Below, piece by piece: positions 38,380-54,877 of a stretch of 64,000 bases of DNA (positions are counted from its first letter, which is position 1; each line of letters begins with the position of its first letter). A program made the translations under genes and the position numbers. The notes under the pieces were generated by a model, which was given only the letters and a program-made list of their open reading frames with translations, ran no database searches and was not told the origin of the DNA. Source of the stretch: the human T2T-CHM13v2.0 reference genome, Homo sapiens; the NCBI RefSeq assembly GCF_009914755.1, contig NC_060939.1, one strand, 5' to 3'.

Positions 38380-39222
38380 TATATACGGATAATCACTCAA
38401 AAAGGAATGATTTATTCTTATGCCTATAACTTAAACAAAAACAGAACAAAAATATTTTGGCAATAACACTTTAATGACCTTAATGAAAACTGTTCCACAC
38501 ATAGAGATTGTTCAGACAACATGTTAATAAGCCCATGTATAATCTCCACATTAAGACCAGTCTAGCAAGTTATTCAGGCACTGAACATGCTGATACTTAC
38601 TGCTAGGCTATATGGAATTCACTCTAGATATACAGATATGTAACTTTTCCTATATAATATACATGTAGAGAAAATATATATGATATATACATACACCCCA
38701 CTGGTAATACATTAACAAATAGGCTAAAATGCATTTTTAAAAATAAATTGGAAATTAGCCAGGTGTGGTGGCGTGTGCCTGTAATCTCAGCTACTCAGGA
38801 GGCTGAGGCAGGAGAATCACTTGAATCTGGGAGGCAGAGGTTGCAGCGAGCCGAGATTGTGCCACTGCACTCCCGCCTGGGCGACAGAGGGAGACTCCGT
38901 CTTTTAAAAAAAAAAAAAAAAGGGGGAATATATTTAACGTAGGAAAAGTTATATCTATGTATCTAGAGTGAATCCCATATAGCCTAGAAGTAATATCAAC
39001 ATGTTTAGTGCCTAGATAACTTCCTAGGCTGGCCTTAATGTGGCAATTTTCCATGGGCTTATTAACATACTGTCTGAATAATCTCTATGCATGAAAGTTT
39101 TCACTAAGGTCTTTAATGTGTTACTGCCAAAATAAACATTTTTTTTTGTTCTTATCTTATTTAAGCTATCATAGGTATAAGAATAAGTCATTCCTTTTTG
39201 AAATGTTCTCTGTGAATATATA
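38380..39222. repeat. Long inverted repeat of non-Alu sequence (arms ~38380-38652 and ~38940-39222); Alu right arm 38752-38921 lies in the spacer
   Basis: The reverse complement of the left arm aligns to the right arm by eye at roughly 80%. Confidence 0.93.
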
Positions 39223-39495
39223 AATAGGTACACCATAAGTACTAATTTTCCCAGTAGATTCCTAGATTTCCATTGTTGTTCTGATATAATTATTAATAGT
39301 GCACCCTTTCACTTTTAAAGTGTCTTGGTTTGGGTAAAAAAATTATATGGTCATCTATTTATAGGGCACTGTTCTTTTCCAGTTGATTCTAACCTCCCCT
39401 ATGAGGTTCTCCAAGTACTTAAGAATCACTTAGGTTTTCAACAAGAGTTGATGAAACCCAATTGAAGATATTCAAATTCAAAAGACAGAACCTAA

Positions 39496-39860
<365 letters not shown>

Positions 39861-39990
39861 TGATTCTTTTTAAAAATTTTATAATTATACTCTATGAAAA
39901 GATAATGACTTGTAACAGTACATATTTCTATTATTTCTAAGGTGAAAAGTAAATAATATTGATATACAAATACGAATTTGCCAAACTTAC

Positions 39991-40706
39991 CTACAAATGC
40001 TCCAAATTCTGTATTATCTCCTTCTGTAGCTTTAGAGCAAACAGTTTCTTGATCTTTGGTTCCAGTTTCCAAGTGGCTTTTGCAACTTGGCTGAGATGGT
40101 GTACTAACAAAAAATTTGGTTGGTGGGGATGACAGATGTGGTATGCTAGTAGATGAACTGCCTAATTTTTGATTTTTATTAAATATTTTTAAGAGTTCTA
40201 CCCCATGTAGTCTCTGTCGCAGTTCTGGAGGGGAAACAGCACTTGGGAATAAGGCACCAGAAGAGGAACCAGCCTCTGGAAAATTAAATTCTTTTCTCTG
40301 GGGTACTGCAGGTAAGTCTTGACCAAATATATTACACTGGGGATCTTTGTCATCTTTCATTAAAATATTACAATGAAAAGGATTATTACTTTCAAGATCA
40401 CCTTGAGGAAGAGAGGAGCTAAGTGTATTTACAACACCATGCTTTTTCCATACAGAAGGTCTTACAGGACCATCATCAATAAGGTTTTGAGCCAAGTGTT
40501 TGGAAATGCTCAGTTCTCGTGTGATTTCATTATGAACTTTGCTAGCTTCCGACGCTTTCTGGGCAGTGAGTGTTTTTAATGTATCTACCGTCAGGGCTGA
40601 AAGATCTTGCAAATGGCCAATTTGAGAATCTAATGATTGTAATGATCTTTTTATGTAGTTGACACGATCTCCAACTTCTTTAATCTGAATGCACATCTGT
40701 TCCACT
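39991..40706 (-). CDS. TRPM7: TRPM7 exon 26 (VEQMCIQI...EFGAFV), coiled coil and start of S/T-rich region
   Basis: ctacag|AGTG...GTAG|gtaagt; 716 nt; ORF 39797..40705. Confidence 0.97.
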
Positions 40707-41088
40707 CTGTAGGAGAGAAATAAGCTTTTTTTACAAATGTGAAAAAATAATGTAGAATTTTATTTTGTAGCCTCAAATAATAATGATAAAAAGAGAAAAA
40801 TTTCACATGCATTTAAACAAGATATAAAATAAGGTACAGTTATTTAATTATACAAGGCCTACCTTATGTTTAAGAAGGATCCAGTGCTAATCTTATATTA
40901 AAATGCAAGATTTCAAAAAACGTTTTTGTTCCACAGGCTACTTATTCCAATTACCCCACATCAAAGTAACACAAAATAATGTATATACAGCTACATATAT
41001 ACAGAACTACCATTACTGTTACTGTAACTGTTACCAAACACCATATGCTTCCAGAATGTAGTGAAGCCAACAGAAAAAAAGAAATGCT

Positions 41089-41400
41089 GGCCAGGCACAG
41101 TGGCTCACGTCTGTAATCCCAGAACTTTGGGAGGCTGAGGCGGGCAGATCACGAGGTCAGGAGTTCGAGACCAGCTTGGCCAACATGTTGAAACCCTGTC
41201 TCTACTAAAAATATAAAAATCAGCTGGGTGTGGTGGTGCACGCCGGTAATCCTAGCTACTCAGGAAACTGAGGCAGGAGAATCACTTGAACCTGGGAGGC
41301 GGAAGTTGCAGTGAGTGGAGATTGTGCCACTGTACTCCAGCCGGGGCAAAAGAGGAGACTCTGTCTCAAAAAAATAAAAATAAAATAAATAATAATAATA
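41089..41400 (+). mobile_element. AluS with (AAT)n tail
   Basis: Alu consensus. Confidence 0.9.
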
Positions 41401-41696
41401 ATGATGATAATAAAAAATGCTGTAAAATAGTGAGGACAGTTTTACTTTTCTCCCTCCAAACAGTAAAGAACAGTAAACTCTTCTATCTTCTGTAACTAGG
41501 GTAAAAAAATAAGAGACTGACCAACTGACTTATATGAAGTATTAATAGAACTGAACGATCTTTCCAATACATCATGTAAAACTGTAACTATGCTTATTGT
41601 TTGACAAAATAAATTTAACAATGACCATGTATAAGAAATATAACGAATAGATCCCATTTTGACATATAACCGATTTTAACTAAAGGGCTTCTGAAC

Positions 41697-41829
41697 CTTT
41701 CAAAAGTGACACGAATTCTCTCTTCACTCCCAGAATGAAATTTGTCATCTTTTTCATTGAAATACATTTCAACACACTGCTCTTCAAAATCATGAAGTTT
41801 CTTTTGATCTTCTTCTGTTAAGAAAAGTT
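41697..41829 (-). CDS. TRPM7: TRPM7 exon 25 (LFLTEEDQ...RVTFE)
   Basis: ccatag|AACTT...GAAAG|gttcag; 133 nt. Confidence 0.94.
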
Positions 41830-42508
41830 CTATGGGAGGAAAAGGAGAAGAAAATCAAGGAAGAGCTATCAAGGTTTCAACTTTAGCTCATAATTCTTAC
41901 GAATTATTCAGGGTTTCTAAGACTACATCCATCATCTGCACTTTTTAAACTTTTACTACTATGCTTCTAAAGCACTAGACAATTATCTTTCTTTTTTGCT
42001 TCACCAGTGTGATGTCAGCAGAATACAATCAGGTACTTCCTCCTCCTCTTCTGATTTCCTTTTCCTATACAACATCCCTCCGCTATCTCTCTCATACCTC
42101 TCCCTCACGTATCTACTCAGAGAAATTTAAGAACTAATTTGAAAGTCCCTGTAAAATTTTAAGCATAATTTGACACAGTATGATTAGTCTCATGTACACA
42201 GAATGTACTAAAATTGTTATTGTTTACAGAGCTGTAAAAATGGTTTGTAGAACAACAAAGAAGTTCGGTTTACATTACCATTTTAACAGAAACAGAGACG
42301 CCATTCTCATAACGAAGTTTAATGCTAAATCCATTTTTATAGATATCATATTGCACTTAAAAATTCCTTTATGTACAGGCATATTTAACAAAAATCTACC
42401 ATAACATTAATCCACTAAGTCATTTTTGAATAAAATCAATATATAGCCTTTGGTGTAAAAATGAGAAGTGATAAAATGAAAACATTTGCCTTAATATAGT
42501 TTACTTAC

Positions 42509-42693
42509 TTGGTCCATCGGAAGTCTTATCTTTCTTTCTTCTCTTACATATGCAGCAAAACAGAGAAACTATATGGCTAAGAATGATAAGTGGAGGAGGC
42601 AGAACTGGTTTCTCATGATAAGCCATAATAAAATGATAACGCTGGTACTTCCATACAATATTGGAAATTGCCTTCACTTGTAAATACACATTG
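42509..42693 (-). CDS. TRPM7: TRPM7 exon 24 (NVYLQV...WKYQRY...FCCICKRRKK...DGP), TRP box
   Basis: ctctag|CAAT...CCAA|gtaagt; 185 nt; ORF 42501..42737. Confidence 0.96.
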
Positions 42694-42999
42694 CTAGAGA
42701 AATAATGAATAAAAATAAAATAAACTTTGTTAATCATCTCTTAAAGTTTTAAATACTGATGATTTCATTGTAATTCTGTACTAAATAATAATTCAAAAAA
42801 TATCCTTCTGTAAACAAAACTAATAGCAAATGAGAAACTAGAAAAGATACAGGCAGTAAGTATAAGGCAAAGACTAACATTCAGCAGAAAAAAATAATTT
42901 AAAAAAATTTAAAATATTGTATGTAAATGGGTAAGACATAAGAAAATACTCAGACTTATTAGTAATCAAGTAAGTGCAAATTTTAAAAAACAAAATCCT

Positions 43000-43960
43000 G
43001 GCTGGGCATGGTGGTTCATGTCTATAATCTTAGCACTTTGGAAGGCCAAGAGGCAGGAGGAGTGCTTGAGGCCTGGAGTTCAAGACGAGCCTGGGCACCA
43101 TAGTGAGACCCTGTCTATTTAAAAACAAAAAAGTTAGCCAGGCGTGATGGTGTATGCCTATAGTCCCAGCTACTCTGGAGGTGAGACAGGAGGGACTACT
43201 TGAGCCCAGATGGAAGAGGCTACAGTGAGCTGTGATAGTGCCACTGCACTCCAGCCTGGGCAACAGGCTGTCTCAAAAAATAAAATAAAATAATTTTATT
43301 TACTATCAAATTGGCAACCATTAAAAAAAAAATACTCAGTGTGGGCCGAGTTGAGGAAACAGGCCTATTTAGACTTAAGTGCAAAAGCCCTAAAAGTACA
43401 TATACTGAACAGCCCTGCTTTTAGAAAAACATTCTAAACAAGCAAGTATTGCTCACAGATTTAACTACAATGTGGTGTTTAGGAGCAAGAATTACAATCT
43501 AATTGACCAATACAACATACTAGATTGAAAAATTATGGTCTATATCATGGAGTATCAGGTAGCCATTAAAAATAGACTGGAGAAGAATATTTGTTTATCT
43601 GAAATAATGTTCATGATGCTTTGCTTAGTTATAAAACAGTACATAAAATATAAAAATAGGCTAGGCACTGTGGCTCATGCCTGTAATCCCAGCACTTGGG
43701 GAAGCTGAAGTGGATGGATCACATGAGGCCAGGAGTTTGAGTCCAGCCCGGCCAACATGGTGAAACCTCATCTCTACTAAAAATACAAAAAAAATCAGCC
43801 AGGCGTTGTGGTGCACACCTGTAATCCCAGCTACTCAAGAGGCTGAGGCATGAGAATCCCTTGAACCCTGAAAACTAAGGTTGCAGTGAGCCAAGATTGT
43901 GCCACTCCAACCTGGGTGACAGAGGGAGACTGTGTCTCAAAAATAAATAAATTAAATAAA
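43000..43960 (+). mobile_element. Alus 43000-43295 and 43659-43960 within a decayed L1M
   Basis: Alu consensus; L1M 3' motifs between them. Confidence 0.82.
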
Positions 43961-44334
43961 AATACTATTTCTGAAAAGAAAAATGGTTTACATATATTTG
44001 CAAAAAAAATGATAGAAAGGTGTACACCCAAATATTAACAGTGGAATTACTGATGAATTTTCTATATTGAATGCGTATTTGTTGGCAACCGAGGAAAAAT
44101 CCCAGATAACGATTAAATTTATAAAGAAAACTGCAGGTTGAAAGATAATCAAACTTAAAATTTAGAACTCATTTGATTAGAAAAAGCATCTCCTATTTGT
44201 AATTTTTCAAATATAATTTTAGTAGTTTAAGCCTCAATAAAATTTTTAGATTTTAAGTTCTATAAATTTCCTTCAAAATATGTAGAATTGCATATTAAAT
44301 CATCTTATAACAAACAATTGAACAAAATTCTTAC

Positions 44335-44461
44335 TTGAAAAATGCAATAAGAAGATTAACCATAATGATATACTGTACAAAGAGGTAGACTGCTTGAAGA
44401 AATGGAGTCAACCACGTCCCAGGACCACAGATTTGAGGGATAACAGAATCATTTGCACACA
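44335..44461 (-). CDS. TRPM7: TRPM7 exon 23 ([14 protein letters not shown]...LLIAFF), pore-loop cysteines and S6
   Basis: ctaaag|TGTGT...TTCAA|gtaaga; 127 nt. Confidence 0.95.
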
Positions 44462-44834
44462 CTTTAGAGAGAAAAAAAGAAAAAAACAAAAACAACTTAA
44501 ATATAGTAATTCATCAGTAACTGCTATTCATGAGTGTTTCTGGTTATTTATTTACTTAAAGTAAGTTTCGATTATGTACAAATCTGTTTCACAGATTCCA
44601 GCAAAAGCATCTGGGCAAGGAGACATAGGAACCCCAGCTTAAGAGTGTTCAAACACAAAAAGATGTTGTGAGAAATGTGGGTGCTATCTGTTTTACAACT
44701 CTATTCCAGAAAAGAAAGTATATTTAGGTGTTATATTTACCCTTCGAGGCAGGGTTTAACCTGACGAGCACTAAAGAGGGTAAAATTCCTGGATCAACCA
44801 TATGATAATATTTCTGTAAGAAAAATGTCCAAAC

Positions 44835-46159
<1,325 letters not shown>

Positions 46160-47201
46160 CTAACCACAATCCTCTCACTACATGGCCAACCCTTGACCTA
46201 ATCACCCATAAATACGTAGGAAGGGAGTAACACAGATATTGGGGGAGGTAAGAATGAAGGAAGAAGAAAGAATAAGAGTGAGAGAGAATCAACAAAATAA
46301 AGATTCTATATCTCAAATGTGGAAGTCAGCAGAATATCACTGAAAGCTGACAGCATCACTTATGTTCACAGGTTATCTAGTCTCACTGACTAAGACAATG
46401 TAAGAGTCAAAATGTGAATAGTAACAAAATTGAACAACAAACTTAATATTCTAAGAACAGGGTTGAATCAGTGGGAGTTACGTCATTGATTATCCAGAGA
46501 ATGTACTCACAAGCTGCAACAAAAATCTTGAGTATCTGTCATCTGTAAAACTCAACATGCTGTAAGCTTTCAGTATTCACACAGGATCATTATTTTTGTA
46601 ATTAACGTTGTGCTTGACTTCTCAATATCGAATCTACCTGAATGATCTACGCTAATCATGGTAATCCCATCCCCCTTGTCTGTAACCATTTTAGAGATAG
46701 GCAGGCTGAAGCCAACTCAAGCTAATGAAATGAAAGGACAGGTTCAAAAGGGAATTTCTATGAAAGGGACATTTTCCTCTAAAGAGAACCATCGATAAAC
46801 AGTGTCTCTTTCCTCCTGTTGCTAATGACAGTCTTAGAATCATAAGGGAAACTTATAGAGTTGGCAGCCGGAAGAAAAAGAACAAGTGTCCTTAGCTATG
46901 AATTAACCAACCCTAAAGACCACTAGACCTAGCTCAATATTGTTATGTGAGTTAATAAATGCCCTTATTGTGTCCTAGGACAGTTTAGACTAGACTTCTA
47001 ATACCTGCCACTAAAAAAATTCTAAAATATTTTTTCTTCCAATTAATTTGTATGTTTCTTCTGGAGTTCACTAACGCCTTTGTGTGGGGCTTAGGTTGGT
47101 AATAGTTTGACTTCTGAAAATATGCAATATTACTATAATTCAATATTGGTTTTAAAACACAAAATAACCAAAAGATAAATCTGTAAATATACAATTCTTA
47201 C

Positions 47202-47376
47202 CATCAATTTCGTATGCATAAACTTCACCAAAAATCATCCAGTATGGGTGAAAAACTATATCTTTAGCAAGAGTCCAAGATGGTGCTTCATGAGGATAAA
47301 GTATTGCCTTTCTGGGAACACCAAAACTAAGTAATACAAGAGCCATAATCACTACAATGTAGAACATATTGGCCAC
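47202..47376 (-). CDS. TRPM7: TRPM7 exon 22 (VANMFYIV...[10 protein letters not shown]), S5 and selectivity filter (E1047)
   Basis: taacag|GTG...GATG|gtaaga; 175 nt. Confidence 0.97.
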
Positions 47377-48234
47377 CTGTTAAAAAATGAACACTGTTAA
47401 AATACAAGGAAGTTTAAACACTATGACAAATCTTTCTAAAAGCTTCTAATGTTCTAATAGACCAAAAAAATCCATTAAACACAAAAAATCTTTGAGATTC
47501 TTTTTGTTCCTAGTGATAGCTTTCAGAAGAATTTCATCACTATATAAATCTTAACATCTAGGAGATTACGTAAAAAAAAATCTATTAAGCTAAGCAAGTC
47601 ATGGGCATCTTTATCTACATAATGAATTGTATCACTGGTTCAAACTGAAGTGTACCTATCTCTGTGGTACGTGAAGATTTTCAAGAAGTACAGAGACACA
47701 GACAGATTTAGGGAATCAATTTCCACAACTGCCCTTTCCTAAAGCTTCTCTGTTCTTATAATGGAAGCACAGACTCTCTCTTTTCCATGTTGCCTCTGGT
47801 AATTGTACTTTGCCCACTTCACACAAAAAAAGAACACTTCCCACCCACCCTGAATCCATGGGTGCCTTGTCCTGGGATATGAAAACTTCCTAGGAGCCAA
47901 ACAAAACAATCTGAATTATTAGCATGGGTGTTGAAAAACTAAAAGACACCAATGTCTGGGAAACAAATACTTTTGTAAGTCATGTAGTTTGTAATTCTTT
48001 AATTTCAATAAAATTCAAAAAGGGCCTAATTGAGCTAAAACCTAGTAATTCATTGAAAAATTATTTTCATTGTTAAATTACAATGTACATTTTGACATAA
48101 TTATTTAAGGATTCAAAGAATTAAGCAGAATGCTATAATAAAACTTCACCTCCCATCTACTTATTTAGGTATATAAGTTCTCCAGCCTGCACTACTTACT
48201 GTCTAGCCTAGACAATATAAAAAAGTGAATATAC

Positions 48235-49766
<1,532 letters not shown>

Positions 49767-49844
49767 TTATAATGCATACAGAATGAGTGTGAGAAGTTTA
49801 GCATTTACCATATAATTTTCATTAGTCTGCTATTAAAAGATGTA

Positions 49845-49924
49845 TTAGGTTGATGCAAAAGTAATTGCAGTTTTTGCAATTACTTTTAATGGCAAAAACC
49901 GCAATTACTTTTGCACTAGCCTAT
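49845..49924. mobile_element. MADE1 (80-bp Hsmar1-derived palindromic MITE)
   Basis: ta|ttaggttgatgcaaaagtaattgc...gcaattacttttgcactagcct; 37-bp TIRs. Confidence 0.93.
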
Positions 49925-50035
49925 AAAGTGTGAGGGAGGTTTCTTCTTTTTAATCTTTTATTGTCTTCAAGCTTTTCAAAGCTGTTTCCTCTGGTTAGAA
50001 ACTCCCTGCTCAGAAGAAAAATCCCACATATTTTC

Positions 50036-50566
50036 TTTTTTTTTTTTTTAATGATTATACTTTAAGTTCTAGGGTAAAGAAATACCATTTGACCCAGCAA
50101 TCCCATTACTGGGTATATACCCAAAGGATTATAAATCATGCTACTATAAAGACACATGCACACGTATGTTTACTGTGGCACTATTCACAATAGCAAAGAC
50201 TTGGAACCAACCCAAATGTCCGTCAATGATAGACTGGATTAAGAAAATGTGGCACATATACACCATGGAATACTATGTAGCCATAAAAAAGGATGAGTTC
50301 ATGTTCTTTGCAGGAACATGGATGCAGCTGGAAACCATCATTCTGAGCAAACTATTGCAAGGACAGAAAACCAAACACCGCATGTTCTCACTCACAGGTG
50401 GGAACTGAACAACGAGAACACTTGGACACAGGGTAGGGAACATCATACACCGGGGCCTGTCATGGGGTAGGGGGCAGGGGGAGGGATAGCATTAGGATAA
50501 ATACCTAATGTAAATGATGAGTTAATGGGTGCAGCAAACCAACATGGTGCATGTATACCTATGTAA
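50036..50566 (-). mobile_element. L1PA 3' fragment with 5' inversion (twin priming)
   Basis: polyT plus ~27 nt of antisense L1 end, then ~490 nt sense L1; TSD aaatcc(c/t)ac(a/g)tattttc. Confidence 0.9.
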
Positions 50567-51394
50567 ATCCTACGTATTTTCTAAACTCCTTTGAAATGCC
50601 ATAATCTTTGTGAAAGCCTTCATGACAGAATTGGTTACTAGCTCTTCTATCTTCACGTAACAATTTATCATATTTTTCAATAGCTACCTATCTGTTCACA
50701 TGTCTATATTTAGAGACTCAATTGTTGAGTTCCACGAAGATCTGGACCATGTCTTATTCATCTTTGTAGCCCCAGCTTAGTTTAACTCTTAACATGTAAT
50801 AGATACACAATGACGAAATAATGAATGTTAGAACTAAAACAGTAACCATTATGAAACTTCCAAAGGGGATGTAAAGGGAAGCTGGCACTAGGGAAAACAC
50901 ACAATGACGGAACAAATGACTAGCTGACAAGGAGAAAGACATCCTAGCAGAGGGTGGTTCTAGAGAAGATCACAAATAAAGGCTTCTGTACTTCCTAACT
51001 CTTCCATTTACATTACCATTAAAGTAACTAGACACCACTGAGTCACTAAATAACCTGGTAAGCATAAGAGCTACAACACCTTTTTTGCATGCTAAAATGT
51101 TAGGCTAAAACCAATTCTTCCCAAAAAACCTTAACTGCCCTATTTTTCCTTGAAATACCATAAGAATGCCAAAATGTGTGAATAATGAGTAATACTTTGA
51201 TGTGAAAAACAGTACACCAGTTATTCTCAATTAAGGGGGGGAAGACACATTCTCTTGGAGGGAAACAGTGCAGCGTGAAAGTGCAAATATAATAATTTAT
51301 ATTTAGAAAACCTAAAAATCTTGTTTTCAAGATGCGAAGATAATCTTGTGAGCTTAGCAGGGTTACTCAAGAAATATTTAATTTAGAAGACTGA

Positions 51395-51817
51395 TTTTTT
51401 TTTTAATTATTATACTTTAAGTTCTAGGGTACATGTGCACAATGTGCAGGTTTGTTACATATGTATACATGTGCCATGTTGGTGTGCTGCACTCATTTAC
51501 ATTAGGTATATCTCCTAATGCTATCCCTCCCCCTGCCCCCCACCCCATGACAGGCCCCAGCGTGTGATGTTCCCCATTCCCCACCGTGTGTCCAAGTGTT
51601 CTCATTGTTCAATTCCCACCTATGAGTGAGAACATGCGGTGTTTGGTTTTCTGTCCTTGCAATAGTTTGCTCAGAATGATGGTTTCCAGCTTCATCCATG
51701 TCCCTACAAAGGACATGAACTCATCCTTTTTTGTGGCTGCACAGTATTCCATGGTGTATACGTGCCGCATTTTCTTAATCCAGTCTATCATTGATGGACA
51801 TTTGGGTTGGTTCCAAG
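51395..51817 (-). mobile_element. 5'-truncated L1PA 3' end, TSD agaagactgatttt
   Basis: ORF2 C-terminus (IDWIKKM...HRMFSLIGGN) plus 3'UTR; TSD at 51385-51398 and 51818-51831. Confidence 0.93.
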
Positions 51818-52369
51818 AGAAGACTGATTTTCTAAGATTAAGGGAGTATAAGAAACTCTAAGAATAGCTTTTTATATTTATTAAAATGGGACAACTATTT
51901 TAAAATAATTGAGAAACAGCATGTATTTTTAAAGCATATTTTGATAAAACTACTGTATATATTTATTTACAAGAAGTCTGAAACAAACACATGTGTTCAT
52001 ACACATCTTGAGAGATGGAAGGATGTACGTTAAACTGTTAATAGTGAATGTCTCTGAATAGTGATTTGTCTGCATTTGCTGAAATTTCCTAGGATGAACA
52101 GGAATTTCAGAATAAGGAATAGCAATAGCTATATTACAAATTTTGCCTTTTTCACCACTGAAAACTAAAAGGAATTACGGCAAGGAGTAGACCCAATATA
52201 TTTCAGATTCAGTGTATAAAAAAATTACACATTCAACTTGACATCTAGATTTTAAAAAATAAAACCTGCCACTCAGATAAGACTAAGGAAAAGAGCAAAA
52301 TACTGGGCATACTGTATTAGGAAAAGATTAGGTATTTTGGGTTTAACTTTTAAAAAATAGCCTGGATCA

Positions 52370-52672
52370 AGCAGGGTGTGGTGGCTCACGCCTGTAATCC
52401 CAGCACTTTGGGAGGCCAAGGTGGGCAGATCATCTGAGGTCAGGAGTTTGGGACCAGCCTGACCAACATGGTGAAACCCTGTCTCTACTAAAAATACAAA
52501 ATTAGCTGGGCATGGTGGCACATGCCTGTAATCCCAGCTCCTCGGGTGGCTGAGGCAGGAGAATCGCTGAACCTGAGAGGCAGAGGTTGCAGTGAGCCAA
52601 GATAGTGCCATTGCACTCCAGCCTGGGTGACAGAGCGAAACTCTGTCTCAAAAAGAAAAAAAAAAAAAAAAA
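52370..52672 (+). mobile_element. AluS, TSD agcctggatca
   Basis: Alu consensus. Confidence 0.9.
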
Positions 52673-52944
52673 GCCTGGATCAGTGAAGACAGGAAAAAGG
52701 AGTTACCTACAGACATAAACCATAGATGGTATAGCTAACATTATCTTGCAAAGCACTAAATGGGTATAGGGGATTGGGATTGAGCATGAGAAACTCTTAA
52801 GGAATGGCAGATGTGAAGTATGAGGCAAACAAACACAAAATAAAAGACATTCACTGGCTCAAATAAAACTATGTTAATAACATTTTTGTGATTTTTTAAA
52901 AAATCAATAAACCCACGAGTATTATCAAACATCTGTCAACTTAC

Positions 52945-53223
52945 CATTTTTCCAATCATCATTACATAAGGTCCTGCCTGTTGATTTACAGCTAGAAAAT
53001 CTAGCAAACGCACATACCAAAATATTATGTTAAGACAGTAAATTAATCTTCCAGCCACAAAAACATGATTATCATATGCATTTGCAAAGTTCCATTTTGC
53101 TCCAAATCTTAGTCCAAATCCAATGAAGAAAGAAATTATGGCAATTGTATCACTGATGTTGAAGTAATCACTAAACCATACTTTAATCTTCTGGTTTACT
53201 TTCCCAGCTTCAGACATAAAGAT
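52945..53223 (-). CDS. TRPM7: TRPM7 exon 21 (IFMSEAGK...MIGKM), S3-S4
   Basis: ctttag|ATC...ATG|gtaagt; 279 nt; ORF 52936..53217. Confidence 0.96.
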
Positions 53224-54177
53224 CTAAAGGTTTAACAACAACAAAAAAAAGTGTAATCAGTTTATTCCTATTAAAACACATACAGCATTCAACTATAACA
53301 TTACAGTAGAATTTCACATAGCTTTTATTTATTAACTTATTTATTTTGAGACAGAGTCTCGCTCTATTGCCCAGGGTGGAGTGCAGTGGCTCAATCTCGG
53401 CTCACTGCAACCTCCGTCTCCCAGGTTCCAGAGATTCATCCAACTAAGAAGCTGAAAATTCAGATTACAACCCAGTTCTCTAGACCTGGATTGTAAAATA
53501 CTTTTGAAAAATTGTTTTATTTCAAATTAAGGCAGCACCTGGATATCCTGGTAGTAGCTGCCAAACCTGCCTTCTTTGTAGAAAGTAAATAACTCAATGG
53601 TTTAAGTAGCTGTATTTACCTAACTAATTTAAAACATATGCCTCTTCTCCTGAATATATGAATTTTAAGAATCATCTTTTGGGAGGAATGGTAACACATT
53701 CACAACTTCAAAATTCATGGTGTATCATAAATACTGCAAAGCATCCGTTTCACTCTTCTCCCTTAGCCAATTAATTACTCTTCCCACTAGAAGCAACCAC
53801 TACTATTACTGTCTCATGAACACTTGCAGAGCTATTTTATGAATATACATATTTTAAAACGCTTTGCAATTTGCTTTTATCATTTAACAAATCAATTTCT
53901 TCAAACATGCTGATAAAACAACAGATTTAATAAACATATGGATCATAACACTCAGAGGAATTTAAAATGCAAAATAAGCTATCTAATAAGAAATTCCTTC
54001 TGGTTCGAGTTGGTGTTTGGAAAAGAAAAAAAAAAGAAATTCTTATGATATCTAAGTGAGAGAGAAGTACAACACCTTCTAATTATTTTTGCAATTTCTT
54101 GTATTCTCTAAATGTAAGGTAGAGACATGAAATAATTCAGAGGTACTTATGCAAGTATGTTATAAAACAATATTCAT

Positions 54178-54877
<700 letters not shown>

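Noticed and set aside
50166-51861. ORFs resembling a reverse-transcriptase protein C-terminus
   Set aside because: Short L1 ORF2 3' fragments from truncated insertions; no promoter and no complete ORF.
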